A stretch of 36,544 nucleotides of DNA from IMG/VR virus record IMGVR_UViG_3300037782_000016, positions 1 to 36,544 of that record; one strand, 5' to 3'. The notes beneath the pieces are model-generated. The model saw nothing but the letters and a program-made list of their open reading frames with translations, was not told where the DNA came from and did no database searches. Below are positions 34,143 through 36,544 of this stretch, piece after piece. Each line of letters begins with the position of its first letter. The first letter of the stretch is position 1. The translations under genes were made by a program, and so were the position numbers. The DNA is from a virus. Lineage: Duplodnaviria; Caudoviricetes.

Positions 34143-35032
34143 TGTTGTTTAATTAAGTATTCGACAATTGATTTACCTTGCGGCTCTTTCTTGTCGAGTG
34201 TCTTAATTAACGGCTCGCCTTTTCTGAGTGCGTGAATGTTCTTACAAAGATGTAAAAATTTTTCTTTATCGGTTGCTTCTGATTTTTCCAAATCTTCCAG
34301 CACCTCGTAAAGCTCGTCCATTTGCGCCTTACTTTCAAGTGTTGGCGTTATAGGATTGCTACCAGCGATAACGCAGCTAATCTCAATCAACTTAGCCTCG
34401 CGCACCACAAAGTACATACCTTCCTTTTCCGCTTCGTCCCGGTTCTTTATTAGGTCAATCGTGCTTTCCCATACAGCGTATTCTTCCTTATACTCGGGGT
34501 CATCAAGGGCCATATCAATCTTGACGTATTGCATGCCTACGGAGTGCTGGTCTATTTCCCCGTTCTTATACATCTCGTATATCTGAGGGTTCAGCTTTTC
34601 CTTGATAGCCGTCTCCATTATCAGGGCCGTTGTTGTGCCGCCCCCAGGTACACCCAAATCTTCCCAAGTAAAATCCTTTTCGTAAACACCTTGATTGTCT
34701 CCAACCTTTGCGGTTAGTTGGTAGATGTGGTCGTGCAAGTGTCGAACCTTATCGCCTCGCTCACTAATTGACTTTGTGAAAATTCCTTTGAGATGTACGT
34801 CTCCGTGACTATCCAGCCAGTTGTAGGTGTTGCCGACAATTGTTCTATAAAGCGTTCCATCTTCGTCTGCTTTGTTGGTTATTTTTTTTGCTACTGATGA
34901 CTGAGTAGGTAGGTCAATAACGTCACACTCCTTAACTTGCATTTTCTTTGTCTCGATCAAAGACTTCTTATGCTTCACTAAGTAGGCGTTGCGCTCTGAC
35001 TTACTTTCAAAATTTGGTATGTTCAGCTTCAT
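34139..35032 (-). CDS. Prohead maturation protease (HK97-type)
   Basis: DSHGDV, HLHDH, QHSVGM and LIEISCVIAGSNPIT. Confidence 0.88.
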   Translation of the reverse strand: MKLNIPNFESKSERNAYLVKHKKSLIETKKMQVKECDVIDLPTQSSVAKKITNKADEDGTLYRTIVGNTYNWLDSHGDVHLKGIFTKSISERGDKVRHLHDHIYQLTAKVGDNQGVYEKDFTWEDLGVPGGGTTTALIMETAIKEKLNPQIYEMYKNGEIDQHSVGMQYVKIDMALDDPEYKEEYAVWESTIDLIKNRDEAEKEGMYFVVREAKLIEISCVIAGSNPITPTLESKAQMDELYEVLEDLEKSEATDKEKFLHLCKNIHALRKGEPLIKTLDKKEPQGKSIVEYLIKQQ

Positions 35033-35034
35033 AA

Positions 35035-36297
35035 CTATTGCTGTTGATTGTTCGTTATCATTCCTGTGTCCTTTGCGAATTGTTGCCCATCGTCCTCTTT
35101 ACCAGTCAAACTTAAATACAGTTCACGGCTAATTGCTCCAGACTTAAATTCCTCTAAGTATATTCTTTTCTGCTCTAGTGAATCAGGATGCAATGCTTTT
35201 ATTTCCTCTTTGTCAATGACTAACTTGTAGTTTCGGCCTTCCCTCTGATTTACTTGGCGTACCCATTTACGATTAATTCCCTCCGTGAACATTTCGGCGT
35301 TAGGAATCAATACCTCATTGTAGAGCGTCTTTATTGCCTCGCGTCTGTTAGCGTGGATCTTATTATCGGGGTCATTGAACAACTCTGAGGGCATACCGTA
35401 ATGATTGCATAAAATCCGTAGATGCTGTATGTCCATCTCCATAAGCTGCAAATCACTATTGCTCATTGCAAGCTGGTTAACTGACACTGGCTTTGGTGTG
35501 AAATATAATGAGTTAGCCCTGTGTGCGCCTCCCATATTCTGCTTAGCAGCTTTTTCAAGATTCTCTATATCATCGGGGGTTTGATTTAGCCCAGATGTGC
35601 CAGGGTTGCCACTCACTATTGCGCTTATGCCTCTATTCTCAAACGCTTCCCCTGCTGCTACTGCGTTGTTGTTAGATGCGTTTAAAATGTTGTATGCGCT
35701 GTTCAATGGGCTTAAACCGTTCTTGTCTCTCAGGTTTTGGCTATCTGGACTAAAGGCCCTAAGGTGCAGAATCTCGTCAGGGCTAAAGACTTCATTTATG
35801 TTGTCCATTAATCTGTAACCTGTTACAGTTGAACGTATAGAGCTAGGCTTATCAAGAATAACCTCCATTAGTTGAGGCGGTAAGGCTTCGAGTTTATTCG
35901 GTAGAAATCCAATACTTTCAATCTCCCCTAAAACGTAAAGCTCTCCGGTTACGTTGTAGTAAATAAGGCTTTGACTCAGTAGCTCAGTAAAGTTGCACTC
36001 GTTGTTGTTTTCAAAGATTAAATCGTGAAGCTCCCCATCATAGACGTATTCCCAACTCCCATCGTTCTGAACCTCGACAAGCCTGTAAGGTAATGTTGAA
36101 GCGTCTCTAGCTATCTTCGATATTATTGGGTAGATGTGCTGGTTGGTCATATATCCCATCTCTACCGCTTGGTTGTCTGTTATTCGTTGGGCGGTTGCGC
36201 CACTAGAGAAGTTTATTGGAATGAACCTATCGTAAGCTGGTTGGTTTATTCGCCTCCCTAAACTTCTCCACCATGAACCAAAGTTATTAAACGCCAT
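35035..36297 (-). CDS. Portal protein (HK97 family)
   Basis: DEILHLR...GLSPL...YGMPSELF; located between TerL and the protease. Confidence 0.92.
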   Translation of the reverse strand: MAFNNFGSWWRSLGRRINQPAYDRFIPINFSSGATAQRITDNQAVEMGYMTNQHIYPIISKIARDASTLPYRLVEVQNDGSWEYVYDGELHDLIFENNNECNFTELLSQSLIYYNVTGELYVLGEIESIGFLPNKLEALPPQLMEVILDKPSSIRSTVTGYRLMDNINEVFSPDEILHLRAFSPDSQNLRDKNGLSPLNSAYNILNASNNNAVAAGEAFENRGISAIVSGNPGTSGLNQTPDDIENLEKAAKQNMGGAHRANSLYFTPKPVSVNQLAMSNSDLQLMEMDIQHLRILCNHYGMPSELFNDPDNKIHANRREAIKTLYNEVLIPNAEMFTEGINRKWVRQVNQREGRNYKLVIDKEEIKALHPDSLEQKRIYLEEFKSGAISRELYLSLTGKEDDGQQFAKDTGMITNNQQQ

Positions 36298-36312
36298 TTA
36301 TAACATTTTCAG

Positions 36313-36320
36313 CAAAGTTA
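36313..36320 (-). promoter_or_regulatory. Bacteroidota -7 box
   Basis: TAACTTTG upstream of the portal gene. Confidence 0.6.
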
Positions 36321-36331
36321 AGAAATAAGTA

Positions 36332-36544
36332 TTATCTCCTTCTTACGTTCATATACCAGTAAGTAAAGATGTAGCCCATAGCATCAATCGCGTGGTTATA
36401 ATCGTCAATTGGCGTGTTGCTCTTTTTATCAGCCCATTTGTAGTTTCTGAGTTCGTTCTGTATGTTGTGGCTGTTTGGATCAACAACTATCTGATAGTCT
36501 TGCATCCACCTTATCCGCTCTTGAACAATACCCGGTCGTTTAAA
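36332..36544 (-). CDS. terL: Terminase large subunit, 3' end
   Basis: In-frame continuation across the junction: NTPIDDYNHAIDAMGYIFTYWYMNVRRR, with TAA at 36334-36332. The PxDxxNHxxDA motif is typical of the terminase nuclease C-terminus. Confidence 0.92.
   Translation of the reverse strand, partial: FKRPGIVQERIRWMQDYQIVVDPNSHNIQNELRNYKWADKKSNTPIDDYNHAIDAMGYIFTYWYMNVRRR
36418..36544. repeat. Terminal direct repeat, copy 2
   Basis: Matches bases 1-127. Confidence 0.95.

Noticed and set aside
165-35818. Plus-strand ORFs and nested alternate-frame minus ORFs in the track
   Set aside because: All overlap well-supported minus-strand genes, lack motifs and read as antisense or frame shadows.
36418-36544. 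127-bp terminal repeat as a biological DTR
   Set aside because: It falls mid-TerL and its length equals a common assembler k-mer, so it is best read as a circular-assembly overlap.
1-36544. Stop-codon reassignment
   Set aside because: Long genes are intact in the standard code, and TAA, TAG and TGA all serve as stops.

Overview
The window is an apparently complete, circularly assembled tailed dsDNA phage genome of about 36,417 bp: bases 1-127 recur at 36418-36544, and the large terminase ORF reads through that junction. All credible genes lie on the minus strand. The late module runs P22-gp3-like TerS, TerL, HK97-type portal/protease/capsid, a glycosyltransferase-like gene, head-tail and siphovirus-like tail genes, then an M15 peptidase endolysin. 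The early/middle module carries a replication initiator, two orphan DNA methyltransferases, a Sak/YqaJ/SSB recombination set, VRR-NUC and HNH nucleases, an acyl carrier protein, an alpha/beta hydrolase and many small ORFs. Recurrent TAnnTTTG promoters and A-rich leaders without a Shine-Dalgarno sequence point to a Bacteroidota host (inference). No integrase or repressor was recognised. Two non-coding systems stand out. (1) Three integron-like cassette arrays (about 5470-5757, 8814-9495 and 13555-15175) contain six intact attC-like hairpins and complementary cassette ends; two arrays begin with a shared 37-bp attI-like site, the ORFs are inverted relative to the classical cassette orientation, and no integrase is present. 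(2) A tandem block at 18230-18585 has two promoter-sRNA-terminator units that display antisense translation-start sequences (one matches a phage gene leader at 19/22 nt), followed by an attenuator/pseudoknot-like leader in front of the replication operon. Protein calls come from motif recognition by eye, not database searches.
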